Below, in pieces: positions 14,476 through 28,122 of a stretch of 64,000 nucleotides of DNA. A model generated the notes under the pieces. It was given only the letters and a program-made list of their open reading frames with translations. It ran no database searches and was not told the origin of the DNA. Origin of the DNA: Octopus sinensis (taxonomy: Eukaryota); NCBI RefSeq assembly GCF_006345805.1, contig NC_042997.1:126480001-126544000 (forward strand), written 5' to 3'. Numbering within the stretch: the stretch's first letter is position 1; every line of letters begins with the position of its first letter. Both the position numbers and the translations under genes were made by a program.

Positions 14476-15106
14476 TCATATATATATATATATATATATA
14501 ATATATATATATATAATATATATATAATATATATATGTGTGTGTGTGTGTATATATATGTACTTTGGGGAAGTTTTTCTTTTTGCTTTGTTTTTTCGTCT
14601 TCGAGATCCTTCATTGATAGAAGATTTGATTTTATATAAAATATTATTTCGGATTGTTTCATTGTTTGTTTGGTTTTATTATCCGAAACTTTCCATTTTC
14701 CATTTAAAAATTTGCGTTATTTTCTATATAAGTTGAAAATATTGGAAATAAATGTTGGAATGAAGTGAAGAGAGAGAAGAATTAAGACCAAAGTAATAAT
14801 TTATGATTATAATGCAAACCACTAGGATCTCGTTATTTCAGAACAAAAAAATAAAAAATAAAATAAAATAAATCAAAATAAAACGAATAAAGGGATTATG
14901 ATTTATGAATAACACATAAGTGAGAAAGATTCCATTCTTATCTTAATACTTCAATCCCTTGCTTCAATCAAAGGGTGCATGTTGGTTGTTATTGCTGTTG
15001 TTGCTTTTCTTGTTCTTTGGTCTCAGCTCAGCTATGATTGAGTAGGCCTATGATCAAAGGCACTCCTTCCACGACCATCCTGTCTGTTTATGAATATTGT
15101 GTGTGC

Positions 15107-15187
<81 letters not shown>

Positions 15188-15460
15188 TATGTGGAGGCAG
15201 ATGGCCTAGTGGTTAGAGCAGTGGACTTGTAGTCGAGGGATCACGGGTTCGAATCTCAGACCGGGCGATGTGTGTGTTTATGAGCGAAACACTTAAGCTC
15301 TACGTGGGTCCGGCAGAAGGTAATGGCAAACTTCTGCTGACTCTTTCCTCCTGCATCTTGCAGCTCACCTATTATGGACCGGTGTCCTGTCCAGGTGGGG
15401 AACTTATACACCAAGGAAACCGGGAAATCAGCCCTATGAGCCAGGCTTGGCTTGAGAAGG

Positions 15461-15545
<85 letters not shown>

Positions 15546-16296
15546 GGGTGCAGGCATGGCTGTGAGGTAAGAAGATTGTTTCACAGCCACATGTTTCCAG
15601 GTTCAGTCTCAGGCTGACCAAGGTCTTGTGAGTGGACTTGGCAGACGGAAACTGAAAAAAGCCCATTGTATATTTACATATCTAAGTGTGAGTGTCTTTG
15701 TGCAAGTGTTTGTCACCAACCCCCACTTGGCAACTTGTTTACGTCCCTGTAACTTAGCAGTTCAGCAAAAGAAACTGATGGAATAAGTACCAGGCTTTAC
15801 AAAGAAAATAGGTAATACTGGGGTTGATTTGTTTCGCTAAAATTCTTGAAAGGGGTGCCCCAGATTCTTCCTACTTTTCAACTCTAACCACACCCACTCT
15901 TTCATATTTTGGATCTTGCTCTTTGCATTATCACCCATTGGTTCCTTAACCTACTTCTGGACATTTTTGTTTCTTTGATTTTAATTTTCTTTTATTTTCT
16001 ACTACTGGCTTCTCTGTTCAGTTAAATTCATCACTGTTCTCTGGAAGACTGAGAAATTCTGAGTGGCAATGTAACCTTCTTTTCATTAAGGCAATCTCAG
16101 CCTGAAGATTAGCTATGTTGAGTGTAATTCATTGCATAACCATTACACCACAAGCTTCAGCTAGCTAAGAAACATATGTAACTTGCATTTTACCTATTTC
16201 ACTCCCTCAATTTGGATTTTTATTTGCATTTGTTGCAGCAGCTCCAGTAGCCAACAGTGAGCTATAAAAGAACAATCTACTTACCAAATTTACTCA

Positions 16297-16560
16297 CATC
16301 ACCACCACCACCACTACCACCACCACCACCATCACCACTGCTGCCGCTGCAGCCACCACCGCCATGACCGCCACCACCACCACCACCACTACCACTATCA
16401 TCATCATCATCAACATCACCATCATCCTCATCATCATCCTCATCATCATCATCATCACCATCACCACCATCACCACCACCACCATCACCATCACTACCAC
16501 CATCACCACCACCACCACCACCACCACCACCACCACACCACCACCACCACCACCACCAAG
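16297..16560 (+). repeat. Compound (CAC)n/(CAT)n trinucleotide microsatellite
   Basis: Direct inspection; source of the poly-T/I/V/M ORFs. Confidence 0.95.
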
Positions 16561-16732
16561 TCTTCTCTGCTCCCAGTTGGCAATTGTATTACTAGCATCT
16601 TTCATTGTAAATAGCCAACACAAAATATCATATCTGACAATAAATATTAAATTAAAAAGTTTATGGGTTTATTTCAGTTATCATTTGTGCAAGTAGAACT
16701 TCTATATCACTACAGTACAACATCAGCAAGTG

Positions 16733-16925
16733 TGGAGGCACAATGGCCCAGTGGTTAGGGCAGCGGACTCACAGTTGTAAGAACATAGTTTTGATTCCCA
16801 GACCGGGCATTGTGAGTGTTTATTGAGCAAAAATACCTAAGCTCCACACAGCTCCGGCAGAGATGAGGGGGACCCTGCTATACTCTTTCACCACAACTTT
16901 CTCTCACTCTTTCTTCCTACTTCTG
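16733..16925 (+). mobile_element. SINE family D (tRNA-derived head ggaggcgcaatggcccagtggttagggcagcggactc)
   Basis: A/B-box-like head. Related copies at ~105-410 (-), 15190-15465 (+) and 46296-46580 (+). Confidence 0.8.
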
Positions 16926-17206
16926 CCACAAAGCAGAGAAACCATGGTGTAACCCACTATGGTGTGGTAAACTTTCAGACCCTAGTGTAGAGCACGAATC
17001 CTTTGCAACCCAGGATGGTTCAGCTCTCCACCCATTCAGCCAACATTTACAGAATGAGGATAACAATGTAGCTTTCATGCCCGTGCAACCGCCAGCCTAT
17101 CACATGTGGTGGGTGGATCTTCAAGTTACCACACGCATTCTTAGTAGCTTAGAGTAGGCTTGAATTAGAGATTATTCTTTGTGGTTAATGGCGTGAGTCC
17201 TGATTG

Positions 17207-17392
17207 GAAGAAGAAGAAGAAGAAGAAGAAGAAGAAGAAGAAGAAGAAGAGAAGAAGAAGAAGAAGAAGAAGAAGAAGAAGAAGAAGAAGAAGAGAAGAA
17301 GAAGAAGAAGAAGAAGAAGAAGAAGAAGAAGAAGAAGAAGAAGAAGAAGAAGAAGAAGAAGAAGAAGAAGAAGAAGAAGAAGAAGAAGAAGA
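17207..17392 (+). repeat. (GAA)n polypurine tract, ~185 bp
   Basis: About 60 GAA units with two GA slips; no pyrimidine. Confidence 0.98.
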
Positions 17393-19616
17393 TGCCGACG
17401 CCGATGGCATCAACAAGCACAACACAACAATGGTAATAAAGCCTTCCATAGGGCGGCAAGATGGTAGAGGCATTAGCATGCCAGGTGAAATGCTTAGCGG
17501 CATTTCGTCTGCTGCTACATTCTGAGTTCAAATTCTGCTGAGGTCGACTTTACCTTTCATCCTTTCAGGGTTGATAAATTAAGTACCCATTGTGTACTGA
17601 GGTAATCTAATCAACTGTCCCCACCCCCAAATTTTAGGCCTTGTATCTAGAGTAGAAAAGAATAAAGCCTTCCATTACGACAATGGTGATACAGACATTT
17701 AAATTATTGCACCGTCGACCAGCTTGATGCAAGCGACCAAACAACTACATGACACTCTCAAGTGCAAGCAAAAGATTCCCAAAATGTCCAATGCCCTTCC
17801 CTGCATATCTGGTTTTGTATCAGAGTGTCCTTCTCCTTGAGACATTAACAAAAGCTGAGGATGGCTCACTCCCAGTGGTGTTCCAGTATGTTGGACACCA
17901 ATCAGGACTTCTGAGTGCTTGTGCTGATAGCATCTCACTTCACCAGGCTAGCCTGTTGAGGGTGCCAATTTAGTTACTGATGACCTGACCATGCACATAC
18001 ACACACATATTCATATGCACACACACATACATGCACATACACTCACATATATATACATACACATGCACATATATATGCCCACACATATACACACACTCAT
18101 ATGTGCACACACTTATATGCACACACCTGCACATATGGTGGGCTTCCTCACAGTTTCCATCTACCAAATTCACTCATAAGGCTTTGGTCTGCTCGGAGTT
18201 ATAGAAGACACTTGCCCACAGTGCCACCAGTGGCAGATGTTTAACCACACTACCATACCTGTGCCTACAAAAGGGTATAATTTTAAATTTTAACTGCTAT
18301 TTCTAGCTATACATATGAGCTTATAGAAACTTCCCCATTGGCACAGATGCATGCTGGTTATATCGTGAGGTAAAAGACCAGTGACTTTGGCAGTGGTTGA
18401 GGGGAGGGGATATGAACTATAGATTAGATCTTTCCTTCATCTCCTAACATGCTAGGCTGTATCTCCTATAAAAATGGCATCACGAATTTTTCACAGGTCT
18501 TCCGACTACCAGCACCACTTATATACTCGCTTCTGAACTCATAAGTACCATCCATCTCACAGCCCTCTTCACTATTATTTGATTTATTCACTTTTAACAT
18601 AATTCTATATCACAATAGCATCATTAGTTACAGTTTTCCAATGGGTTAATCACTGGTTCATTGCGTTTCTGATAGCAAGAGTGACAAGGGAGTGCCTAAC
18701 TCGATACATAGAAATTCATTCAAAAAGTATCATTTAAAAAAAATGCTTTTTTTGATATGTATGAGGGGTTTCCTCACCATTGCTGACATAAAACAATGAA
18801 TGATGCACTCCCAAATGCATGCATGTACACGCATACCTTAGTTTACATCATTTCATGTTACATCTTTTTTAGTTCTGTTAATTTTTTTTAAAGAAATTAA
18901 TGGGAAAATAAGCCCCAACTTCAGGTGTTTTATTTGACTTTATGTGTTGATTTCAGTGAACGTATTTAAAAGTATAGAGATTATAAAATACCCTAAAAAG
19001 CAATACTGAAATGCAAATGCAAATAAATTACATGTGAAAATATATATGAATCATTTACTAAAACAGATACGAGTTAATAAATTTTTAAAAGTGTTCTTTT
19101 GTATTATACCATTTTTGGGATTAAGTTGCATGTCTTGGAACCATTTACTGATGTAAGTTGAGATATGCCCAAGGGGGTGAGCTGGCAGAAACGTTAGCAT
19201 GCTGGGCGAAATGCTTAGTGGGTATTTCGCCTGTCTTTATGTTCCGAGTTCAAATTCTGCCCAGGTTGACTTTGCCTTTCATCCTTTCAGGGTCGATAAG
19301 TTAAGTACCAGTTACGCACTGGGGTCGATGTAATCGACTTAATCCCTTTGTCTGTCCTTGTTTGTCCCCTCTATGTTTAGCCCCTTGTGGGCAATGAAGA
19401 AATAAGAAACAGCACCCTGAGTGAAATGCTTAGCAGGTATTTTGTCTGTCCTTATGTTCCGAGTTCAAATTCTGCTGAGGTTGACTTTGCCTTTCATCCT
19501 TTTGGGGTCGATAAGTTAAGTACCAGTTATGTACTAGGGTTGATCTAATCAACTGGTCCCCTTCCCCAAAGTTTTGGGCCTTGTGTCTAGAGTAGAAAAG
19601 GAGTTATGGTATGCCC

Positions 19617-19658
<42 letters not shown>

Positions 19659-19689
19659 GCATGATGGTTTTGAACTTTGGCACAAGGCT

Positions 19690-20350
19690 AGTAATTTCAT
19701 GTGGCAGATGTGTAGGTACATCAAACACCAAGAATACACCAAAACTAGATGCTCTCATATGCCAGGGACGATCCTTAGACATAGTTGACAGTTTCCATTA
19801 CTTAAGTGAACAAGTTAGTAGTAGGAGTAGTTGTTCTGAAAGCATAGCTGCTAGAATAAGAATAGGCTAGGTGAAGTTCAGAGAGTTACTACCTCTCTTA
19901 GTAATGAAGGGCCTCTTCCTCAGAGTGAAAGGTAGGTTGTTTGGTGCCTGTGTACAAACAGCTGTCCTATATGGCAGTGAGACATGGGCTGTGACTACTG
20001 ATGATATCTGAAGACTTGAAAGAAATGAAGCCAGCATGATTCACTGGATAATGTCAGAGTGCATATACAATAGAGTGAAAGTGATTTGAGAGAAAAACTG
20101 GGTATATGTAGCATCAGATGTGGTGTGCAAGAGAGAAGACAGCTGGTATGGCCATGTAATATGCATGAATGAAGACAGTTGCATCAAGCGATACCAATCT
20201 CTAATTGTAAAATGAACAAGTACAAGTGGAAGACCCAGGAAAACATGGGACGGAGTAGTGAGAAAGGATCTGTAGATGTTGGGGAATCACAGAGGAGATG
20301 ACAGGAGACTGAGACTCCTTGCAGGTTGCTGTGCTTGAAAAGACCCACGA
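19690..20350 (+). mobile_element. RTE-clade LINE 3' fragment
   Basis: IVDSFHYL, SIAARIRIG*VKFRELLPLL, VQTAVLYGSETWA, RLERNEASM. Confidence 0.85.
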
Positions 20351-20667
20351 AGCTAATTAAAAGCATGGCTGTCCTTGCATACAGGCTTGTCCTCTGCAAC
20401 CCTATCCAGCTGAGCATCTCTAATCTTGCAGGCTCATAGGGGCTTTTGTCACATAAAAAAACCCACACTGGTGCTGTATAAAAGCACCAATTACATTCTG
20501 TAAAGTGGTTGGCATTAGGAAGTGCATCCAGCCATAGAAACCATGCCAAAACAGACATGGATCATAAAAAGCTCTTCAGATGGTCAGCTCCTGTCAAATT
20601 ATCCAACCCATGCTAGCATGGAAAATGAAAATTGAATGATGATGATGGTGATAAAGATGATGACGAC

Positions 20668-20736
20668 ATACATACATACATATGTACATACATACATACG
20701 TACATACATACATACATACATACATACATACATACA

Positions 20737-20770
<34 letters not shown>

Positions 20771-20777
20771 CATACAT
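20668..20777 (+). repeat. (CATA)n tetranucleotide microsatellite
   Basis: Also (TATG)n at ~21204-21274 and 26923-27010, and (CATA)n at ~6105-6168 and 50790-50990. Confidence 0.95.
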
Positions 20778-20799
20778 TCTTACAGGTATAAACCTGAAC

Positions 20800-21000
20800 T
20801 TATAATCTGGATAGAGTAACTAGATTTCTTAATAGTTCAGTATAGGTGTTCTCTTTTCCACTAATCACCAGCTTTATGTTAACATCTACTGGGCAGCTAA
20901 TTTTCACAACTGTACACAGTTTCTCTTCTCTATCCCAAATCATTATATCAGGTCTGTTGTGCTTACATTTTATTGAGGTCTTCACTGGTATATTCCACAA
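20800..21000 (-). mobile_element. R4/Dong-type LINE fragment, restriction-like endonuclease domain
   Basis: KCKHNRPDIMIWDREEKLCTVVKISCPVDVNI matches the HNRPDI...D...P.D.N RLE pattern. Confidence 0.75.
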
Positions 21001-21362
21001 GCATTTCTTTTTATGTATGTATGTATGTAGGAATGTATCATCATCATCCTTTAGCATCCTCTTTTTGTGCTGGCATGGGTTGGATGGTTTGAATTGGAGC
21101 TGGCTAGCAGGAGCTGTCCCGACACCAACTATCTGTTGTGGCATGGTTTCTATGACTGAATACCTTTCCTAATGCCAACCACTTAGCAGAGTGTGCAGCG
21201 TGCTGTATGTATGTATGTATGTATGTATGTATGTATGTATGTATGTATGTATGTATGTATGTATGTATGTATGTAGAGAATTCACAAAAAAACAAAAGAC
21301 GAAGACAGGTGGTGTAGACAACAAACAGATGTATTAGTTTAAAGCTCAGGAAGTGAAGAAGT

Positions 21363-21398
21363 CTTTAACGTTTCGAGCCTATGCTCTTCCACAGAAGG
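21363..21398 (-). ncRNA. Minimal hammerhead-like motif (core CUGUGGA) in a second pseudo-LTR copy (~21275-21445)
   Basis: Reverse complement: cctt CTGTGGA a gagc-atag-gctc GAAA C GT T aaag. Confidence 0.45.
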
Positions 21399-21788
21399 GA
21401 ACACAGAAAGAAACAAGGAGAGAAAATAAAAAGTGTGTAGTGGCTGTATGTTTGCATGCATGTATAAGGTCATCATTTTAAATTGAGATTAACATGCTTG
21501 CATGAATCAGATGAAATTCACCCAGGGTAGATTTTCTACAGTAGGTCACTCTTTCTGCCACCAGCTCTCATCTGTTTCCAAGCAAAATAATATTTTTCTG
21601 ACTCCTTCCAACAAGAACAGCAAAAATGGCTTGACATATTTTCATGGAAGATAGCAAATAAATGACATTGCTTGTATGACAATTACACCTGCTTACAATT
21701 AGCAAGTGATATATGTTTGTGTGCATATGTGTGAATAAAGTATATCCAATGATCTATTATAACAGCCCTTCACAATATCCAAACAAAT

Positions 21789-22195
21789 AGGCATAGGAGT
21801 GGCTGTGTGGTAAGTAGCTTGCTTACCAACCACATGGTTTTGGGTTCAGTCCCACTGCGTGGCACCTTGGGCAAGTGTCTTCTACTATAGCCTCGGGCTG
21901 ACCCAAGCCTTGTGAGTGGATTTGGTGGACAGAAACTGAAAGAAGCCCATTGTATATATGTATATATATGTATGCGTGTGTATATGTTTGTGTGTCTGTG
22001 TTTGTCCCCCCAACATCGCTTGACAACTGATGCTGGTGTGTTTACGTCCCCGTAACTTAGCGGTTCGGCCAAAGAGACCGACAGAATAAATACTAGGCTT
22101 ACAAAGAATAAGTCCTAGGGTCGATTTGCTCGACTAAAGGTGGTGCTCCAGCATGGCCACAGTCAAATGACTGAAACAAGTAAAAGAGTAAAGAA
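21789..22195 (+). mobile_element. SINE family A (tRNA-like head, CORE-like gcaccttgggcaagtgtctt, internal (TA/TG)n, gtaaaaga tail); representative copy
   Basis: Other copies at ~15543-15860, 28400-28860, 32603-32990, 39150-39742, 43668-43830, 45957-46290 and 57249-57660 (+), and on the minus strand as listed separately. Confidence 0.9.
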
Positions 22196-22818
22196 TTGAA
22201 GCCATTTTTCTTTCAAATGATGTTTTCATGTATTCCTTCATTTTCTGCGTTTTTGAAATATACCTCTATAAGTGTAACAAAAACCTAGCTGAGATTTGAT
22301 CTACTAACCTTTTTATTCACTCATAGTAAATTTAGGTTTCTCATTACATAAGTAAATCATTCCAATTCCTCATTGTTGCCATGAAGTGCTTATATGAGCG
22401 AAACAAATAATATATTTAGCTCTCCACTGTATATAAATTTTTTTTTATTATTACCTGACAATATTCCACTGACTTCTGTTATATGGTGTGATATGCTATT
22501 TCTAAAGAACAAGAAAATCATACACTCGCAAACACACACACTCACACTTACATACATATGTGTATACATTCATATGTATGTGTGTGTATGTATACATAGA
22601 TATATATTTGTGTATATGTATATACATACTCACAGATATGGGCAATATATGTGTGTGCATATATATATATGTTTTGTATACATATATACATGGAAGTATA
22701 CGTATACATGTACATACACAAACACGCACACATACACATATATGTATGCATATTATACCCATGCATGCAAAGATTCAGCTTGTACATACTCATTCATACA
22801 CACAAATCACATGCTTAC

Positions 22819-22892
<74 letters not shown>

Positions 22893-23395
22893 GAAATACA
22901 AAGTGTGATTGAAAACAGTGTTGTCAGTGAAGAAATTATTTTCTCATCTGTTTTATAGTTTACAAACTGGAATGTCTGACTTGTAGATTAAGAAAGAAGT
23001 TGGTGGTAGTCAGTAATATCAGCAGAACACTGGACCAAATAACTGAAAGTATCTAGTCACAGATCTTTAAATTCTGAGTTCAAATCCTGATGGAGCCAAC
23101 TTTACATTTTGTTGAATCCATCATGGGCAATAAAATATGTACCAGTCATGAACTAAGGTTAATAAAGACTTGTTGTAACTTTGTGCCCATATTAGAAAAC
23201 ATTATATTCATGACTATGTGTATAAATATGAACAAACTAGCATTTTTTTTATAAGCATTGAAATGTATGTTGAATGATACAAATTAGAGGATATTTTTCC
23301 AAATGCAGAAAAAAAAATGTTAGTTTGTTTATATTTATACATGTAGTTGTACATTAAGCTATTTAGTGTCTTAATTTGGTGTTGAATTTGTCAGT

Positions 23396-23465
23396 GGGTA
23401 GTTTGGCTTAATGGTAAAGTACTTGGCCAGAGGCTTTGAGGGATATAGGTTCAAGTCCCATGGTT
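23396..23465 (+). other. tRNA-like head with intact-looking Pol III A and B boxes
   Basis: A box tggcttaatgg (23404-23414), B box ggttcaagtcc (23448-23458); no full cloverleaf. Confidence 0.45.
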
Positions 23466-23693
23466 GGTTGTTGACGAATTTTTCTGCTTTGTAAGGGTTA
23501 TTTACCCTGTATTTTTGCTGGTTTAACTGCAATTCAGTGTTCAAAAAATAATATTTATGATTCAATGAAGGGAGTCTTTCCATGGTTTTTCAACCTGCCA
23601 GAAACAGTACCTAAATTCATAAAAAAGTTAAGATGCACATTAGATAAAAATGTATATCTGGGTCAGTGTTTCCCAACCATTTGTTTTTCTTTA

Positions 23694-24966
23694 TTAGGTT
23701 GTTCCGAAAATAATGGCAGCTCTAAGTGTTGTGTTTTGAAATGTAATTTTATCATAGTATTTTAATTATATTTTAAGTGAATTTCGACTTACTTAATAAT
23801 TGATGTATACTCTTTAATAATTTTCTACTTATTTCAGACAGAAAACATTCTTGAAGCATAGGTGTTCTTAATTATGAACATGACAAAAATAGAACCTTTG
23901 CTTACTTTTCTTGCATGAGTTCAAGCTTAGGCACAATGCCTCCCAAACTACAGTCAATATCAACAGAGTATGGGGAGAAGGGTCCACAAGTGATCACACA
24001 GTACGAAGGTGGTTTCAGAAATTCTGGAGTGGTGATGAGAGCCTTGAAGATGAAGAAGGTAGATGACGGTCTTGTAGTCTTGAGAATGAACAATTGAAAG
24101 CAATTGTTGAACAAAACTCATGTCAAAGTGTCAGAGAAATGTCTCAAGCACTTGGTGCCAGTTTTGCAACAGTCTCACGTAATATGCAGAAGATTGGTAA
24201 GGTGAAAAAGCTTGATAAATGGGTACCAGATGAGCTCCAGAAAAATCAAAATGTTTGGCATTTTGAAGTGTACTCAATGCTCTTTCTGCAAAACACCAGT
24301 GATCCTTTTCTTGACTGAATAGTCACTTGTGGTGAAAAGTGGATCCTTTATGATAATCGTAAACAACCAGATCAATGGCTTGATCGTGAAGAGTTCCCCA
24401 AACATTTCCCAAAGCCAAAGTTGCATCAGCAAAAGATTATGGTGATTGTCTGCTGGTCTGCGATTGGTGTTGTCCATTACAGCTTTCTGACTGCCAATCA
24501 GAGGATTGCAGCAGAAGTTTACTGCAGTCAACTCGCTGAAATGCATCCTCCCTTGCAAAAAGTGAGACCTGCATTGGTGAATTGGCATGGCCCAATTATG
24601 CCCCATGATTATGCAAAGCCACATGTTGCAAGAATGACGCTGCAGAAACTCACTGACTTGGGATATGAGACTTTACCACATCCTTCATATTCTCCTGATC
24701 TTTCACCCACTGACTACCATTTTATAAGCATTTTAAGTAACAAAACTTTCAGGTCCAAACCAGAGGTGTAATCAGCTTTTAAAGATTTCTTAGCATCAAA
24801 GCCAATAAGTTTTTATCAACGAGGCATGAATAATCTCATTAATCGATGGCAGAGATGCATAGATGTTCACGGCTCATACTTTGACTAGTCAAAACATTTT
24901 TATTGTTAATTTTTCCAGAATAAAATTATGTTTCTGAAATCAACCATTATTTTTGGAACAACCTAA
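23694..24966 (+). mobile_element. Full-length mariner transposon, inactivated; TIRs ttaggttgttccgaaaataatgg / ccattatttttggaacaacctaa, TA target duplication
   Basis: Terminal inverted repeats flanked by TA on both sides; 1273 bp; transposase motifs TVRRWFQKF, WVPDEL, EKWILYDN, PHPSYSPDLSPTDYHF. Confidence 0.95.
23874..24888 (+). pseudogene. Mariner transposase pseudogene
   Basis: HTH and DDD-domain motifs interrupted by stops and frameshifts (ORFs 24094-24318 and 24421-24771 are pieces). Confidence 0.9.
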
Positions 24967-25404
24967 TACTTATGGTCACTTTGATGGCAATTTTTCTTGG
25001 ATGGTCTCTGCTAGCCATTCAATGCTTAAAAAATATTTTTATAATTAAATTTTATTAGGAATTGTATTAAAAAATTGCTAAAACATTTTGTATATTGTAG
25101 AAATATAACCAATTAATTACACATAAATTTTAATGACAAAATCTTACATAGACCCCAGTTGAAAACCACTGTTATAGATTTTCCAAAAATGACAGGTTGA
25201 TTACGGTTGGGATCTTGTTTCCTCACATAGGTGCTGGCCTGGGGTCAATTTATCTGACTAAAACCCTTCAAGGTGGTGTTCCAGCTTGGCCACTGTCAAA
25301 TGATTGAAACAAGTAAAAGAATGAAAGAATACATCTCTTCACTTCAAGTTGACCTCTGGGGCAAATACAACAATTATCAATATAGCTATTATTATTATTA
25401 TTGA

Positions 25405-25950
25405 GTGAGAGAGCAGTTCATGCCATCAAAGTGACACTGGGGTAAAATATATGAAGCCCAATATACCCATCATGACTACCTGTCTGATAAGGGTTCACCA
25501 GGCACATGCATCACAACCATATGTGCGCGACATGGTGATCTCATATCAAGATAAACAGCACATGACCTTGCAGGTGGGGCCCAGTTAGAATTTTCTTCAG
25601 GTTGAGTAGCCCATCCCGCTCAAAAGGTTCCTGAATAAGGGTTGTTTAAGGATGTTGAAAGAACCACCCATGTTTCCAGAGGTGAATTATTCAAACCCCA
25701 AAGAATCCCTCTCAACACATGGCTATGATGCTCCCCCACTACTTCTGCTCATGGTCAGAGATGCACATATCGTCAGCCACTAAGGGATATGCTCAACTGG
25801 TTAAGGTCAAACAACTGACAAGCAAATCTGTGGTATTGAGCAGAATATTTGCTGTAGCCCATCTTTTATACCAAGACAAAACAATGTACATGATAACACT
25901 TCCAATCAGTTAAGATCAGAAGCCATGAAAGCCACTGCCTGGTACTGCAT
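25405..25950. mobile_element. Interspersed repeat family E (~550 bp, class not determined)
   Basis: Partial colinear copies at ~3385-3570 and ~37880-38200. Confidence 0.75.
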
Positions 25951-25964
25951 CATCATCATCATCA

Positions 25965-26006
<42 letters not shown>

Positions 26007-26012
26007 TATTAA

Positions 26013-26070
<58 letters not shown>

Positions 26071-26124
26071 GAGTTAGGCGGTGAGCTGACAGAATCATTA
26101 GCACATTGGACAAAATGCTCAGTA

Positions 26125-26335
26125 CCATACTGAGCTACTGTGACTGAGTGCGAGTGTATTGCTGAAATTATGTTCCTGGCATTTAGCTTTGAAGCCAGTA
26201 ATTTTCTCACTTGCCACAGGAACTCTCTTTTTGTCTTTAGCTTCATGTCGTTGTGTTTGATTCCCTCAGCCTCAAGTATTTCCAGGTATTTATTGCTGGA
26301 TTGATGTTGAATTGCCTTCTTCATTTCACCATAGA
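26125..26335 (-). mobile_element. R4/Dong-type LINE RT C-terminal fragment
   Basis: NKYLEILEAEGIKHNDMK..KREFLWQVRKLLASKLNARNIISAI resembles YKYLGILE...RRVRKILKSKLNGGN. Confidence 0.7.
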
Positions 26336-26921
26336 TATCAAAATATATGATGTGAACAGCCCTCTATCTCCTCTAGGATCCCTTCTTTCATACTTAAATC
26401 TCTCATCTCATAAGCTAGCATAAAGCTACCTCCTTCTCTAAGAAATCCCTTGGGTGGGGCTACAGTATGATAGTGAACCCGAACCCAAACCACTAAGCTT
26501 CTTAAAAGAAAAATGCTTACCCAGCAAAGAATTGAACTTGTCTCTTGCATCAGAGGTGAGAGATGCTTGCCACTATACTAACATTTTACTGGTTAAAAAC
26601 TATAACTACCAATACTAACTATTACCATGTGTAATACTAGTACCCCCCCAAAAAAACTGTGATGCTATGCACAGAGATGTGAAAAAGTATTCTAAACACA
26701 TTTTGTTTTTCATGCAGCTGGTTTTATTTTTAATATAACCTAAGGTTTTGTTGCATTTCATTTTTCGGGAAACCGATTCCAGTTTTTTTCTGAATAACTT
26801 GTAACTCACTCAACATATATCCTGAAAACTTGTTAAAAAGTGGAAGTGACATGCTACCAACTGTGCTACCAAAGCCTTGTAGGTAGCATGTTAGTCTTGT
26901 AATTTTTTAGTACGTACACAC

Positions 26922-26952
<31 letters not shown>

Positions 26953-27171
26953 TGTATGTATGTATGTATGTATGTATGTATGTATGTATGTATGTATGTA
27001 TGTATGTATGAATGAATGTATGCATGTATATATATAATGATTTTTATCTGTATACACGTGTATAAAACTGATGATATATTTATATATATATATATATATA
27101 TGTGTGTGGTGTGTGTGTGTGTGTATGTATATGTATATATATATTATATATATATATATATTATATATATA

Positions 27172-27292
<121 letters not shown>

Positions 27293-27513
27293 GTGCACAC
27301 ATACAAACTGTATACATTTAGAAATGTATATGTGTGTGTCTATATATCTACTTTTTAAGAAAGTTGGTGGTGTCATCAAAGTTCTGCATGATACATACAC
27401 TCACACATGCATGCCCACATATGCATGCAAGCACACACACACACATGCAAACACATTCACAAGTAAATATGTATGCTTATATATCTATTTATCTATGAGT
27501 ATATATATATATA

Positions 27514-27567
<54 letters not shown>

Positions 27568-28091
27568 TATGTGTATGTCTGTATGTGTGTATATATATAT
27601 ATCTATACATATCTATATATATATATCTATATATATGCATGTATGTATGTGTATATATATATCATCATCATCATCATCATCATCATCGTTTAACGTCCGT
27701 TCTCCATGCTAGCATGGGTTGGACGGTTCGACCGGGGATCTGGGAAGCCAGGAGGCTGCACCAGGCTCTGGTCTTATCTAGCAATGTTTCTACAGCTGGA
27801 TGCCCTTCCTAACGCCGACCACTCCGTGAGTGTAGTGGGTGCTTTTCACGTGCCACCTGCACTGGAGCCAGGCGAGGCTGGCATCGGCCACGGTCGGATT
27901 GGTGCATTTTACGTGCCACCTGCACGGAAGCCAGTCGAGGCGGCACTGGCTTCGGCCACGATTCGGATGGTGCTTTTTACGTGCCACCGACACGGAAGCC
28001 AGTTGAGGCGGCGCTGGCATCGGCCACGATTCGGATAGTGCTTTTTACGTATCTCCAGTCCAGGGGTCCTGGCATCTGCCGGTTGCCAGTC

Positions 28092-28122
<31 letters not shown>

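Larger units (their letters stand above)
23664..25171. mobile_element. hAT/Charlie-like non-autonomous MITE (~230 bp net) interrupted by the mariner
   Basis: Termini cagtgtttcccaac ... gttgaaaaccactg form an imperfect TIR of hAT MER type; the 8-bp TSD is degenerate. Confidence 0.55.

Noticed and set aside
17165-17531. Poly-K/R/E and poly-S/L/F ORFs
   Set aside because: Artefacts of the GAA tract.
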